Part shown: positions 18,071 to 28,187 of the stretch, in pieces
Position numbering within the stretch: the stretch's first letter is position 1
How the letters are laid out: every line of letters starts with the position of its first letter
Source of the DNA: Syntrophobacterales bacterium
GTDB taxonomy: Bacteria > Desulfobacterota > Desulfobaccia > Desulfobaccales > 0-14-0-80-60-11
Reading direction: 5' to 3'
DNA: 64,000 nt
NCBI GenBank assembly: GCA_020060385.1
Contig: JAGVAH010000151.1
Span: 17,474-81,473 of the forward strand
The notes under the pieces: generated by a model
The model's database searches: none
Seen by the model: the letters and a program-made list of their open reading frames with translations, nothing else
Told to the model about the DNA's origin: nothing
Translations under genes and position numbers: made by a program

Positions 18071-20047
18071 TTACGGGGTGACAATGTTGAAGCGTGAATC
18101 AAATTTATCCAGCAAAGAAAACAACTCCTTGAGCTTCTCTGGGTTGCCCTCCACCTTGAGTTCCCCCGATTCGATCTTGGCCGGAAGAGAGGCCTCCCCC
18201 AGGATGACTTCGTTCAGCGCGGCCCGGTTGAGGGTGACGGTGGCGTCCGCATCCTTGGCCTGTTTCCGGGCCGTGTGGTTCAGCACGCCATTTTCCAGGG
18301 TCAGCACATATTCCTCTTTGGTATCCGGAAAATTCCAGTTGATGGTCATGGTCTTACCCGCGGCCTGGGGGCCGTTAAGGCGGATGCCCAGGTAATCGAA
18401 GAAGAGGTCCAGGGGCATGGCCTTGATGGTGTCCGGACTGGCGGTGGAGCCCAGAGCTTCCTTGGGCGCCCCCTGGCGCAGTTCCTGAGCCCCGGTAAGA
18501 TAAAAATTGCGCCAGGGACCGGATTCCGCCTGGTAGCCCAGTTGCTCCAGGGCCTGGGCCTGCAGGGCCCGGGCCCCGGTATCCTGGGGATCGGCAAAGA
18601 CCACGTGGTTCATGACCTCCGCCACCCAGCGGTACTCGCCTTTGTCATAATACTTCCGGGCCCTGGCCATCACCGCCTTGGCGCCCCCCATGAATTCCAC
18701 GTACCGCTTGCTGGCCTCCACCGGCGGCAGGGGGTGTAGATGGGCTGGGTTGCCGTCGAACCAACCCAGGTACTTGACGTACACCGATTTCGCATCGTGG
18801 TTGACGGTGCCGTAATAGCCCCGGTCATACCACTCCCGGGCCAGGCTCTCGGGCAGCTGGATCATCTCCCCGATCTCCACCATGGTGTAGCCCTGGTTGG
18901 CCAGACGCAGAGTCTGGTCATGGAGGTAGCGGTACATATCCCGCTCCTTCTTAAGCCGGTCCACGACCCGCGGTTGACCCCAGACCGGCCAGTGATGAAC
19001 GCTCAGGAGCACCTCGGAGACGTCGCCCCACCGTTCCAGGGCTTCGTTGAGGTATTTGGACCAGGCCAGGGCATCCCGGATTTTCGCTCCCCTTAAGGTG
19101 TAGAGGTTATGGAGGGTATGGGTGCAGTTTTCCGCGGTGCAGAGCACCTTGAGCTGGGGCAGGTAGAAGTGCATCTCCGCGGGGGCTTCCGTGTCCGGCA
19201 CCATCTGGAACACGAATTTCAGGCCGTCGACGGTCATTTCCTGGCCCGTCTTGGTGATGGTGTCCGTGGGCGGTATGAGGGTGACTGTGCCGGTGGAGGT
19301 CGTTACCCCCAGGCCGGCGGTCACCTGGCCTTTGGGCCCCGGCGGCAGGAGGACCCCGTACATGTAAGAGGCCCGGCGGCTCATGGCTGCGCCGGCCATG
19401 ACGTTTTCATCCAACGCGGCCTTGAGGAAGCCCTGGGGCGCGATGATCCTCACCTTGCCCTCCTTTACCTCCTCCTCGGAGACCACTCCCTTGACGCCCC
19501 CATAGTGGTCTATGTGGCTGTGGGTATAGAGCACCGCCACCACCGGCTTCTTGGGCCGGTGCTGATAGTAGAGCTTGAGTGCGGCCCGGGCGTTTTCCGC
19601 GGAAATGAGGGGGTCCACCACGATGACGCCGCTATCCCCCTCGATAAAGGTGATGTTGGAGATGTCCGCGCTCCGGACCTGATAGAGCCGGTCCACAACT
19701 TTAAAGAGGCCCGCGTACATCAGGAGTTGGGACTGGCGCCAGAGGCTGGGGTTGACGGTGTCCGGCGCGGCCTCGTCCTCTTTGATGAACGCGTACCGGC
19801 CCAAATCCCATACGGGTTGGCCCTCCTTGCCCTTAATCGTCCCACTGTTGGGGAGGGGGGCGATAAAGCCCCGCTGGGCGTCTGCGAAATCCTGCTTATC
19901 CGCAAAAGGGAGCTTTTTTGATACAGCCGCATTGTTTTTTTTGGTCTGGCTGGTGGCCTCGCCCCTCGGAGGCGGCCCGGCGCTTGCCGTCAGGCCTAGT
20001 GCCATGACGATGCCGCCTATCATTAAAGCCAGTTGCAGTCTGTGCAT
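18071..20047 (-). CDS. secreted alkyl/aryl-sulfatase of the metallo-beta-lactamase fold (SdsA1/BDS1-like)
   Basis: Signal peptide; MBL motif YTHSHIDHYGG; long dimerisation region and an SCP2-like C-terminal domain. Confidence 0.8.
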   Translation of the reverse strand: MHRLQLALMIGGIVMALGLTASAGPPPRGEATSQTKKNNAAVSKKLPFADKQDFADAQRGFIAPLPNSGTIKGKEGQPVWDLGRYAFIKEDEAAPDTVNPSLWRQSQLLMYAGLFKVVDRLYQVRSADISNITFIEGDSGVIVVDPLISAENARAALKLYYQHRPKKPVVAVLYTHSHIDHYGGVKGVVSEEEVKEGKVRIIAPQGFLKAALDENVMAGAAMSRRASYMYGVLLPPGPKGQVTAGLGVTTSTGTVTLIPPTDTITKTGQEMTVDGLKFVFQMVPDTEAPAEMHFYLPQLKVLCTAENCTHTLHNLYTLRGAKIRDALAWSKYLNEALERWGDVSEVLLSVHHWPVWGQPRVVDRLKKERDMYRYLHDQTLRLANQGYTMVEIGEMIQLPESLAREWYDRGYYGTVNHDAKSVYVKYLGWFDGNPAHLHPLPPVEASKRYVEFMGGAKAVMARARKYYDKGEYRWVAEVMNHVVFADPQDTGARALQAQALEQLGYQAESGPWRNFYLTGAQELRQGAPKEALGSTASPDTIKAMPLDLFFDYLGIRLNGPQAAGKTMTINWNFPDTKEEYVLTLENGVLNHTARKQAKDADATVTLNRAALNEVILGEASLPAKIESGELKVEGNPEKLKELFSLLDKFDSRFNIVTP

Positions 20048-20062
20048 CTGTCACTCTCCTTT

Positions 20063-20102
20063 AAAAAAAGAGGGGGATTTCACGCTGCTAAAATCCCCCT
20101 TC
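20063..20102 (-). terminator. terminator-like hairpin between the two sulfatase genes
   Basis: On the minus strand: gggggattt-loop-aaatccccc followed by a T run. It ends only about 15 nt before the SD/ATG of the downstream gene. Confidence 0.45.
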
Positions 20103-20124
20103 CCTGTTCCTGTCCCCGATCCCG

Positions 20125-22548
20125 TTAATGACGGATCGCCGCTGGGTCTCCCTTATCGCCCAGGCCCTCATGCAAATCAATGGTCAGCTTCTCCAGTTTG
20201 CCGGTGAAGCGGAAGGGCACCCGGTAATCCCCCGCGGTGGTGCCGGAGTCCTCCCCCACGTCAAAGGTTTCGTCAAAGGAGAAGCCCGTCATCATGGTGT
20301 GGTCCAGCCGGCCGCCGGCCATCTTTTTTTCGTTGATGAACATGGTGCCGGTGCCCCCCGCGCCCGGTTTGCCCCCGTCCCAGGCAAAGTCGAAGCGGAT
20401 GGTGGACTTGCCGGAGGGCAGCGCTTCCTGGGAAGTGACGGTATAACGGGCGCTGTCCCCCCAGTTGTAGACAAAGGTGGGCTTGCCATCCTTAACGAAC
20501 AAGCTGTAGCCGCCGAATTTGCCCCCCTGGGTCACCAGGACCCCTTGGGCCTTGCCATCGGGGTTGTCCACCAGCGCGGTGATGCTGTAGGATCTATTAA
20601 AGATGTCGGGGGCCAACTCCGCGTTCACCCGGGTGGCGCCAGGGTAGTAGGTGAAGGACTTCCTGGGGGAGGCTAAGCGTTTCCGGGTATCCAGGACCCG
20701 CTCCACGAAGCGGTCGTCCAGGGGCAGGACGTTATATTTTTTCGCCTCTTGCCAGAAGAGTTCCTGCAAGTCCTTGACCTTCTGGGGATACTTGGCCGCC
20801 AGGTCATCCGCCTGGCTGAAGTCCTCGGAGACCTGGTAAAGTTCCCACTTATCGTGGTCGAAATCCCCGGTGGCATGGCCCATGGTCTGCCAGGGGAGGC
20901 GGCCGTGGCGGGCGGAGGCCATCCAGCCGTCGTGATAGAGGGCCCGGTTGCCGAACATCTCGAAGTATTGGGTGAGATGGCGGGTCTTGGCCTGGGCCCC
21001 GGCCTGATCAAAGGTGTAGGCCAGGCTCACCCCTTCCAGAGGTTTTTGTTTGACCCCGTTGACCATGGTGGGGGCCTGGATGCCGGTCACCTCCAGGATG
21101 GTGGGCGCCAGGTCGATGACGTGGTGGAATTGGGGCCTTAAGCCCCCCTTATCGGTGATGCGCTGGGGCCAGGAGATGACCATGGGGTTGCGGGTGCCCC
21201 CGAAATGGGAGGCCACCTGCTTCACCCATTTGAGGGGGGAGGAGCCGGCCCAGGCCCAGCCCACTGGGTAGTGGCCCATGGTCTTGGGGCCGCCGATCTC
21301 GTCATAGCGCTTGAGCATCACTCCCAGGGGTTCAATAATGCCGTTGCCGCACGCGGCCACCTCGTTCAGGGTGCCCTCCATGGTGCCTTCGGCGCTGGGG
21401 CCGTTGTCCCCGACGATATAGATGACCATGGTGTTGTCCAGCTTCCCCAGTTGGCGGATGGCCTCCACCACCCGGCCGATCTCATGGTCGGTGTGGGCCA
21501 GATAAGCGGCAAAGGCCTCCTGCATGTGGGCGAAGAGGCGCTTCTGGTCCGGGGGCAGGTTGTCCCACCCCGGGATTTCCGGAGGCCGGGAGGTCAACTT
21601 GGTCTTGGGGGGAATGACCCCCAGCTTCTGCTGGCGGGCGTAGGTCTCCTCCCTGACCTTGTCCCAGCCCTGGGCGAATTTGCCTTTGAACTTGTCGATC
21701 CACTCCTGGGGCGCGTGGTGGGGCGCATGGCAGGCGCCGGTGGCGTAGTAGATGAAGAAGGGCTTGTGCGGGGACACGGAGTTTTGGTAGTGGAGCCATT
21801 TGATGGCCTTGTCGGCCAGGTCCTTATTCAGGATATAGCCTTCCTCAGGGGTGGCCGGAGGGGAAACGGGATTCTTGTTTTCAAAGAGGGCCGGATAGAA
21901 CTGGTTGGTCTCCGCGGCCAGGAAGCCGTAATAATACTGAAACCCCTGGCCCGTGGGCCAGCGGTCGAAGGGTCCCAAGGTGGTGCACTCCCGGCCCGGG
22001 GCCAGATGCCATTTGCCGAAGGCCGCGGTGCTGAAGCCGTGCTGCTTCAGAATCTCGGCGATGGTGGCCGCGCTTTTGGGCATGATGGCGTCGTAGCCCG
22101 GATAGCCCGTGGCGAATTCCATGATGTTGCCCACTCCCACCGAATGGTGGTTGCGGCCGGTGAGGAGCGCGGCCCGGGTGGGGGAGCAGAGTGCGGTGGT
22201 GTGCAGCTGGTTGTAGCGCAAGCCGTTCTGGGCCAGGCGGTCCAGGGTGGGGGTGGGCACCGGCCCCCCAAAAGTGCCGGCCTGGCCGAAGCCCACGTCG
22301 TCCAGGATGATGAGCAGGACGTTGGGCGCATCTTTAGGGGCTTGCACCGGCTTGGGGAAATCCGGCACCGAATCCTTATAGGTCTTGCCGATCTTGCCCT
22401 CAAAGGGGGGCGCGGGCAAGGGCAGGGTCTCTGCCGGGGCCGCCGGGGCGCCCAGGAAGATGAAGAGGGAGAGGAGGGTCAGGGTAGCGGCCAGGGCCGC
22501 CCAAGGCGCGGGCCCCTTTCGCAGATTCCGGATGAGATGGGAAAACAT
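20125..22548 (-). CDS. Cys-type arylsulfatase (formylglycine-dependent sulfatase family)
   Basis: Signature LCSPTRAALLTGRNHH. N-terminal signal/TM (WAALAATLTLLSLFIFLGAPAAPA). Start chosen at the ATG preceded by aggag; the ORF is open to 22590. Confidence 0.85.
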   Translation of the reverse strand: MFSHLIRNLRKGPAPWAALAATLTLLSLFIFLGAPAAPAETLPLPAPPFEGKIGKTYKDSVPDFPKPVQAPKDAPNVLLIILDDVGFGQAGTFGGPVPTPTLDRLAQNGLRYNQLHTTALCSPTRAALLTGRNHHSVGVGNIMEFATGYPGYDAIMPKSAATIAEILKQHGFSTAAFGKWHLAPGRECTTLGPFDRWPTGQGFQYYYGFLAAETNQFYPALFENKNPVSPPATPEEGYILNKDLADKAIKWLHYQNSVSPHKPFFIYYATGACHAPHHAPQEWIDKFKGKFAQGWDKVREETYARQQKLGVIPPKTKLTSRPPEIPGWDNLPPDQKRLFAHMQEAFAAYLAHTDHEIGRVVEAIRQLGKLDNTMVIYIVGDNGPSAEGTMEGTLNEVAACGNGIIEPLGVMLKRYDEIGGPKTMGHYPVGWAWAGSSPLKWVKQVASHFGGTRNPMVISWPQRITDKGGLRPQFHHVIDLAPTILEVTGIQAPTMVNGVKQKPLEGVSLAYTFDQAGAQAKTRHLTQYFEMFGNRALYHDGWMASARHGRLPWQTMGHATGDFDHDKWELYQVSEDFSQADDLAAKYPQKVKDLQELFWQEAKKYNVLPLDDRFVERVLDTRKRLASPRKSFTYYPGATRVNAELAPDIFNRSYSITALVDNPDGKAQGVLVTQGGKFGGYSLFVKDGKPTFVYNWGDSARYTVTSQEALPSGKSTIRFDFAWDGGKPGAGGTGTMFINEKKMAGGRLDHTMMTGFSFDETFDVGEDSGTTAGDYRVPFRFTGKLEKLTIDLHEGLGDKGDPAAIRH

Positions 22549-22823
22549 CGGTCGCTCCTGGGTAGAAGAACTTGACATGCAGATGCCCATAATAATTATA
22601 ATCTCTCTAAACTAAGGGCAATCTGGTTCGATCCCCCAAGAAAATGGGAATTCTCCAGACCCGCACCATTTTTGCCTCAGAATGGCAATATACCATAAGG
22701 AGTCCGGCAAAAAAATAAAATTGCCAGCTTTGGAGGAGCCCAACCGCAGCCTCTGCAGACGGCAGTCCGGGGATTTTTCCCTCCACAGCCCCAGGCCCGG
22801 TTTTTATTTATTTATGAAAGCTC

Positions 22824-25589
22824 ATGGGTGATAATTCTAAAATGTGCGGAGAGACCCCTTCCTATTACAGCCTGGTTACCGCGCAGGTAATGGAGATGCT
22901 GGACACCGGCCCCTCCGGGCTCAGCTCCTCCCAGGCCCAAGAACGCCTGGAAGACCATGGCCTCAACGAACTGGCCCCGCCCCCCAAAATTTCCCCCCTG
23001 GCCATTTTTTTCCGGCAGTTTCAAAACCTCCTGATCCTGATCCTGATTGCGGCCACCGGTATTTCCTTCTTTCTGGGGGAACACCTGGACGCCTATGTCA
23101 TCATGGTGATCATCCTGGCCTGCACGATCCTGGGATTCGTCCAGGAATACCGGGCCGAACAGGCGGCCGCGGCCCTGCAAAAACTGTCTGCGCCCACGGC
23201 CGCGGTGGTGCGGGCCGGCCGGGAGCAAATCATTCCCGCCCGGGAAGTGGTGCCCGGAGACCTGCTGGTCCTGCATACCGGGGACCGGGTGGCCGCGGAC
23301 GGCCGCGTCCTGGAGGCGGTGAATCTCCAGGCGGACGAATCCCTCCTCACCGGGGAATCCCTGGCTGTTGCCAAGGGGGTGGAGCCAGACTCCCGTGTTC
23401 GGTTGCCCATCGCCGACCAGAAAGGCATGGTGTTCGGGGGCACGGTGGTCACTTATGGCCGGGGCCGGGCCGTGGTGACCGCCACCGGCATGGATACCGA
23501 ATTTGGCCGCATCGCCCGCCTGCTGGGGGAAATGCCCCCGGAAAAGACCCCCCTGGAGCGGCGCATGGCCTCCGTGGGCCTGGTGCTCAGTGTTATATGT
23601 CTGACTGCTGCCGCCGGAGCCATGGTCTTAGGGGTTATTAGGGGGCACCCTTGGCTGGAGATGCTCATTTGGGGGATCAGCCTGGCGGTGGCCGCGGTGC
23701 CGGAATCGCTGCCTGCGGTGGTTACCGGCGCGCTGGCCATCGGCACTACCCGCATGGCCCGCCACCGGGCCATTGTCAAGCGGCTGCCCGCGGTGGAGGC
23801 CATGGGCTGCACCACTGTGATTTGCACCGACAAAACCGGCACCCTCACCAAAAATGAAATGACCGTGCGCCGCCTCTTCCTGGAGGGGCGGCGGGTGAAG
23901 GTCAGCGGTTTGGGCTATCAGCCCGCGGGCACCTTCTCCCAGGACGGCAATGACCTCCCCCCGGCCGGGGACCCGGTCCTTAAGATGGCGGCCCGGGTGG
24001 GCCTGTTGTGCAACGATGCCCTCCTGGAGGAGGCGGAGGGCCTCTGGTCCATCCAGGGAGACCCCACGGAAGGGGCCCTGGTGGTCCTGGGCCGCAAGGC
24101 CGGGCTGGACCCCGCGGCCCTTGGCCGGGAACTCCCCCGGCTGGCGGAAGTCCCCTTTTCTTCGGAACGGAAACTCATGACCACCCTCCATCAAGGTCCG
24201 GCAGGCATCCTGGCCTGTGCCAAGGGCGCGCCGGAAAGCCTGCTGCCCCGCTGCACCCGGGTTTTGACCAGCTCTGGGGAGCGGCCCTTCACTGCGGCTG
24301 ATCAACAGGAAATCATGCGGGAAGCCGGGGAGATGGCCGGGGGAGCCTTGCGGGTTCTGGGGTTGGCCTATCGGGAGATGGCGGACTTCAGCGGCCCTCC
24401 CTCCGAAGATCTGGAGAGGGACCTGGTGTGGGTGGGGCTGGTGGGCATGATGGACCCGCCCCGGCCGGAGGCCAAGAACGCGGTGAGCCAATGCCAGCGC
24501 GCGGGTATCCAGGTAATTATGGTCACCGGCGACCATCCGGATACCGCCGCGGCTGTAGCCCAGGAGTTGGGCCTGATCCCCCGGGACCGGCAAATGCAGA
24601 CGGTGCTTACCGGGGCAGAAGTGAACCAACTCAGCGACTTAGAGCTGACCAAAGCCTTAAAGAAGACCCGGGTGTTTGCCCGGGTGGCCCCGGAGCACAA
24701 GTTGCGGCTGGTGAATTTGCTCAAGGCCCAGGGAGAAGTGGTGGCCATGACCGGGGACGGGGTGAATGATGCGCCGGCCCTGAAACGGGCGGACATCGGG
24801 GTGGCCATGGGCATTACCGGCACCGAGGTCACCAAGGAGACCGCGGACATGATCCTGGCGGACGACAACTTCGCCACCCTGGTGGACGCGGTGGAGGAAG
24901 GCCGGACCATCTTCGACAATATCAAGAAGTACCTGATATTTCTCCTGAGCTGCAATTTGGCCGAGATCTTGGTGCTTACCGGCGCCATCTTCTTGGGTCT
25001 GCCGTTGCCCCTCCTGGCCTTGCATATTCTCTGGGTAAATCTGGATTCCGACGGCATGCCGGCCTTTGCCTTGGGAGTGGACCCCAAGGCCCCGGATATT
25101 ATGCGCCGCCCCCCCCGGCCCCTCCAGGAAGGGGTCTTCACTTCCACGGTGAACAGCTTGCTGGCCGTCATCTCCGTTTATCTGACTTTGGTTCTCCTTC
25201 CTCTCTTTGTCTACTATTATTACGGGAATCCAGGGGGGCACGGCGCCCCGGGGCAAGTGTTGGCCAAGGCCCAGACCATGGTTTTCGTCACCCTGATCAT
25301 CGCGGAACAGGTTAACGCCTTCAATTGCCGTTCGGACCGCCATTCCCTTTTCACCGTGGGGTTCTTTGCCAACCGCCTGTTGATCATCAGCGTCCTTCTT
25401 TCCACCAGCATGCTGGCGGCTGTCATCTATTGGCCCCCCCTGGCGGCGCTCTTTCACACCACTCCCCTGGGGTGGCGCGACTGGCTGCTGGCAGCGGGAT
25501 TGGGGTTGACCATCCTGCCGGTGGTGGAGGCGGCCAAGTGGATCATCCGCCGGAGCGGGCGCAAGCGCACTAGGATGACCTTAATTTAA
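22824..25589 (+). CDS. P2-type cation-transporting ATPase (Ca2+/Mg2+-type)
   Basis: Motifs TGES, PESLPAVVT, ICTDKTGTLT, MVTGDH, TGDGVNDAPALK, and about 10 TM segments. Confidence 0.9.
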   Translation: MGDNSKMCGETPSYYSLVTAQVMEMLDTGPSGLSSSQAQERLEDHGLNELAPPPKISPLAIFFRQFQNLLILILIAATGISFFLGEHLDAYVIMVIILACTILGFVQEYRAEQAAAALQKLSAPTAAVVRAGREQIIPAREVVPGDLLVLHTGDRVAADGRVLEAVNLQADESLLTGESLAVAKGVEPDSRVRLPIADQKGMVFGGTVVTYGRGRAVVTATGMDTEFGRIARLLGEMPPEKTPLERRMASVGLVLSVICLTAAAGAMVLGVIRGHPWLEMLIWGISLAVAAVPESLPAVVTGALAIGTTRMARHRAIVKRLPAVEAMGCTTVICTDKTGTLTKNEMTVRRLFLEGRRVKVSGLGYQPAGTFSQDGNDLPPAGDPVLKMAARVGLLCNDALLEEAEGLWSIQGDPTEGALVVLGRKAGLDPAALGRELPRLAEVPFSSERKLMTTLHQGPAGILACAKGAPESLLPRCTRVLTSSGERPFTAADQQEIMREAGEMAGGALRVLGLAYREMADFSGPPSEDLERDLVWVGLVGMMDPPRPEAKNAVSQCQRAGIQVIMVTGDHPDTAAAVAQELGLIPRDRQMQTVLTGAEVNQLSDLELTKALKKTRVFARVAPEHKLRLVNLLKAQGEVVAMTGDGVNDAPALKRADIGVAMGITGTEVTKETADMILADDNFATLVDAVEEGRTIFDNIKKYLIFLLSCNLAEILVLTGAIFLGLPLPLLALHILWVNLDSDGMPAFALGVDPKAPDIMRRPPRPLQEGVFTSTVNSLLAVISVYLTLVLLPLFVYYYYGNPGGHGAPGQVLAKAQTMVFVTLIIAEQVNAFNCRSDRHSLFTVGFFANRLLIISVLLSTSMLAAVIYWPPLAALFHTTPLGWRDWLLAAGLGLTILPVVEAAKWIIRRSGRKRTRMTLI

Positions 25590-25599
25590 GGGAGGCCCC

Positions 25600-26667
25600 A
25601 TGCCCATCGACCCGGTCTGCAAGATGACAGTGGCAGAAGAAGGGGCGGTCATTGCAGAATGTGACGGAGAGGTTTATTATTTCTGCTCCCTAGGTTGCAG
25701 GGACAAGTTCCTGGAGGGAAAGGTCTGCGAGCCCCGGGCCGCCTATGAACTCATCATTATCGGTGGCGGGCCCGCGGGCCTCACGGCCGCGGTCTATTCC
25801 ACCATCCTGAAAACGGACGCCTTGCTCCTCACCAAGGATTTAGGGGGCCAGGCCATCGACAGCGCCAAGATCGAGAATTACATGGGCTTCGATTTTATCA
25901 CCGGCCCCGAACTCATTGACAAATTCAAGCATCAACTCTTCCACTCCCACTATATCGACCATTTAGTCTGCGAGGTGGAGAAGATCGAGGCCGCGGCCGG
26001 CGGCTTTCATGTGGTCACCTCGGAACTCAAGACCTATTTCGCCCCCGCCCTGCTGGTGGCCACCGGCATGACCCGGAAAAAGCTCCAGTTGCCGGGAGAG
26101 GAGAGGTTCCTGCGCCGGGGCATTTTTTACGGCAATATTCAGGACATCTCTTATGTGCAAGGCAAGGACGTAGCGGTCATCGGCGGCGGCAACACCGCGC
26201 TGCAACTGGTGGAAAACCTCCACCCCGTGGTCCGGAATATCTATCTAATTTCCCATTCGGAACTATCCGGGGACCCTGCCATCATCGAGCGGGTCGTGCC
26301 TTGCCGCAATGTCCACCGATACGAAAATTTTACCGTGGTGGCATTTGCGGGAGACCACCGGCTCTCGGGGATCACCATCAGAAAAATGGCAGGCAGGGAA
26401 ACCGTGGAGTTGGCGGTCCAAGGCGCGTTTATCGCCATCGGCCTGCGCCCCAATGCCGCGCTGGTGGCTTCCTTGGTGCAACTCAATGCCCGGGGGGAGA
26501 TCATGATTCAGCCCGACTGCTCCACCTCCCGCCCGGGCATCTTTGCCGCCGGGGATGTCACCAACTCCTTCGGCAAGCGCATCATCATCGCCTCCGGGGA
26601 AGGGGCCAAGGCGGCCATGGCCGCGCGCCAGTATCTGCTGGATTTGCGGAAAAAACCTTGCCTATAA
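25600..26667 (+). CDS. YHS/TRASH metal-binding domain fused to a thioredoxin-reductase-like FAD/NAD(P) oxidoreductase lacking the CxxC active site
   Basis: N-terminus PVCKMTV..YYFCSLGCRDKF. GGGPAGLTAAVY and VIGGGNTALQ dinucleotide folds. GNIQ replaces the TrxB CATC. The start is 10 nt after the ATPase stop. Confidence 0.75.
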   Translation: MPIDPVCKMTVAEEGAVIAECDGEVYYFCSLGCRDKFLEGKVCEPRAAYELIIIGGGPAGLTAAVYSTILKTDALLLTKDLGGQAIDSAKIENYMGFDFITGPELIDKFKHQLFHSHYIDHLVCEVEKIEAAAGGFHVVTSELKTYFAPALLVATGMTRKKLQLPGEERFLRRGIFYGNIQDISYVQGKDVAVIGGGNTALQLVENLHPVVRNIYLISHSELSGDPAIIERVVPCRNVHRYENFTVVAFAGDHRLSGITIRKMAGRETVELAVQGAFIAIGLRPNAALVASLVQLNARGEIMIQPDCSTSRPGIFAAGDVTNSFGKRIIIASGEGAKAAMAARQYLLDLRKKPCL

Positions 26668-26787
26668 TGCCCTGCCAAGGCTGATGCCGAGTCGTAGCCA
26701 TACGACAATACTCTTGTGGGGGCGGCCCCGGATGTCCGCCTTCTTGCAGGCGCATATGCGGGTGCGCCCCTACAATGTCAAGCCTTT

Positions 26788-26846
26788 TATCGCGATTGTC
26801 AAAAGTTTTCCATTTATTCCCTCTCCCCCCAACGGGCGGAGAGGAA
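26788..26846. repeat. truncated half copy of the ~100-bp MITE-like element
   Basis: tatcgcgattgtcaaaagttttccatttattccctctccccccaacgggcggagagg; the right arm is missing. Confidence 0.6.
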
Positions 26847-27138
26847 AATAATCGATATATCCATAAGATACAAACTTATGGGTAATAATATGCCTCCGCC
26901 TGGGGGTTATCATTACCCAAAGGTCAGGAAGGAGTTTAACTTAGGGAGTTATTGCATGAAATCCGGCTCCTTCATACCCTTGGAAAAGAGCGGTGGCGCA
27001 GGCTTTCCAGCCTGTGCGAGGTGGGCTTTTCCAGGGGCTTATGCATGGGCCTGCGGCCGGCCCAGAAATTTTGAAAGGTTCGCAAGGTGGGCGTCCTCCC
27101 CTGCCGCAATTCTGCAAAATGGAGTGCATGGCGCACCC

Positions 27139-27350
27139 TAGTGTCGTGTCCCAGAAATCCTTTTCATAATCAGGGCAGTCTTTTCTCCCTCCCCCTTGAG
27201 GGGGGAGGGTCGGGGTGGGGGTGGCGTCTTTTTGCTTGATTACGAGTATTTGCCCAAAGTCGCCCCCCTCCCCCCAACCCCCTTCCCCCGTGGGGAGGGG
27301 GAGTTTTTAAGTGTAAATATTTTGTAACTTATTTCTGGGACATGATACTA
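27139..27350. repeat. 212-bp MITE-like element with 20-bp terminal inverted repeats
   Basis: tagtgtcgtgtcccagaaat versus the reverse complement of atttctgggacatgatacta (2 mismatches). Inside are two G/C hairpins (ctccctccccc..gggggaggg; cccttccccc..ggggaggggg). Confidence 0.7.
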
Positions 27351-27481
27351 GAAGCTATCGCAAAATCTATTTTCCTTGTCACCCTGAGCCGCAGGCGTAG
27401 GGACTAGTCCTTGAAATCACTAGATTCTCCGCTTCGCTCAGAATGACAATTCGGCTGATTAGGAGGTTTTGCAATAGCTTC
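27351..27481. repeat. palindromic element of the gtcaccctgagc...gctcagaatgacaa family, flanked by 15-bp inverted repeats
   Basis: gaagctatcgcaaaa / ttttgcaatagcttc. The core is related to 48777-48860 and 63654-63775. Confidence 0.7.
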
Positions 27482-27655
27482 TAAGAGAAGAACTTTCCGG
27501 CAAAGCCTGGATAGGCTGTGCTATCGCTCATAAAAACTTGTAGGTAATGATTAGCCCCTGGTGGGAGGGAATTAAGGGGAGGGAATTTCGAGAAGTACCG
27601 GTCTTTCGCAGAGGTCTCGATTTGGCATGAGAATCTACTAAATAAAGGATGACCC

Positions 27656-28051
27656 ATGAAAAGGATTGCCCTTGACACCCTGCCCGCCCTGGATGCGGCC
27701 TTGAAGTGGATCTCTCTGGGCATCGAGGCGGTGGGGGTGGCCATTATCGTCTGCGGGGCCCTGGCCACTTCCGCCATCTTTCTCTATCGGCTGGCTCAGA
27801 AGGAACCCCCGGCTGAGTGTTACTCGCGCTATCGGGGCGCGTTCGGCCGGGCCATACTCCTGGGTTTGGAGTTTCTGGTGGCCTCCGACATCGTGGGCAC
27901 GGTGGCCGTGGGCCTCACCTTCCAGGACCTGGGCCTCCTGGGCCTCCTGGTCCTCATCCGCACCTTCCTCAGCTTTGCCCTGGAGGTGGAGATCAACGGC
28001 CACTGGCCCTGGAAAAGCAGTGAGCTGGCCCTGAAATCGACCAACAAATAA
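27656..28051 (+). CDS. small integral membrane protein (DUF1622-like)
   Basis: SD aaaggat before the ATG; hydrophobic helices; the motif RAILLGLEFLVASDIVGT resembles DUF1622. Confidence 0.55.
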   Translation: MKRIALDTLPALDAALKWISLGIEAVGVAIIVCGALATSAIFLYRLAQKEPPAECYSRYRGAFGRAILLGLEFLVASDIVGTVAVGLTFQDLGLLGLLVLIRTFLSFALEVEINGHWPWKSSELALKSTNK

Positions 28052-28187
28052 CCGGGAAGCCCTGGGGCAGGCCCCCCCCGGGTCCTGAACATCCGAGGCC
28101 GTGGATTGCAAATGGCTCCAGCCTTTCCCCAAACAAAAAGGCTGGCAGCCGCACCTCTGCCAACCCTGAATAATTTCAGCCAATTTC

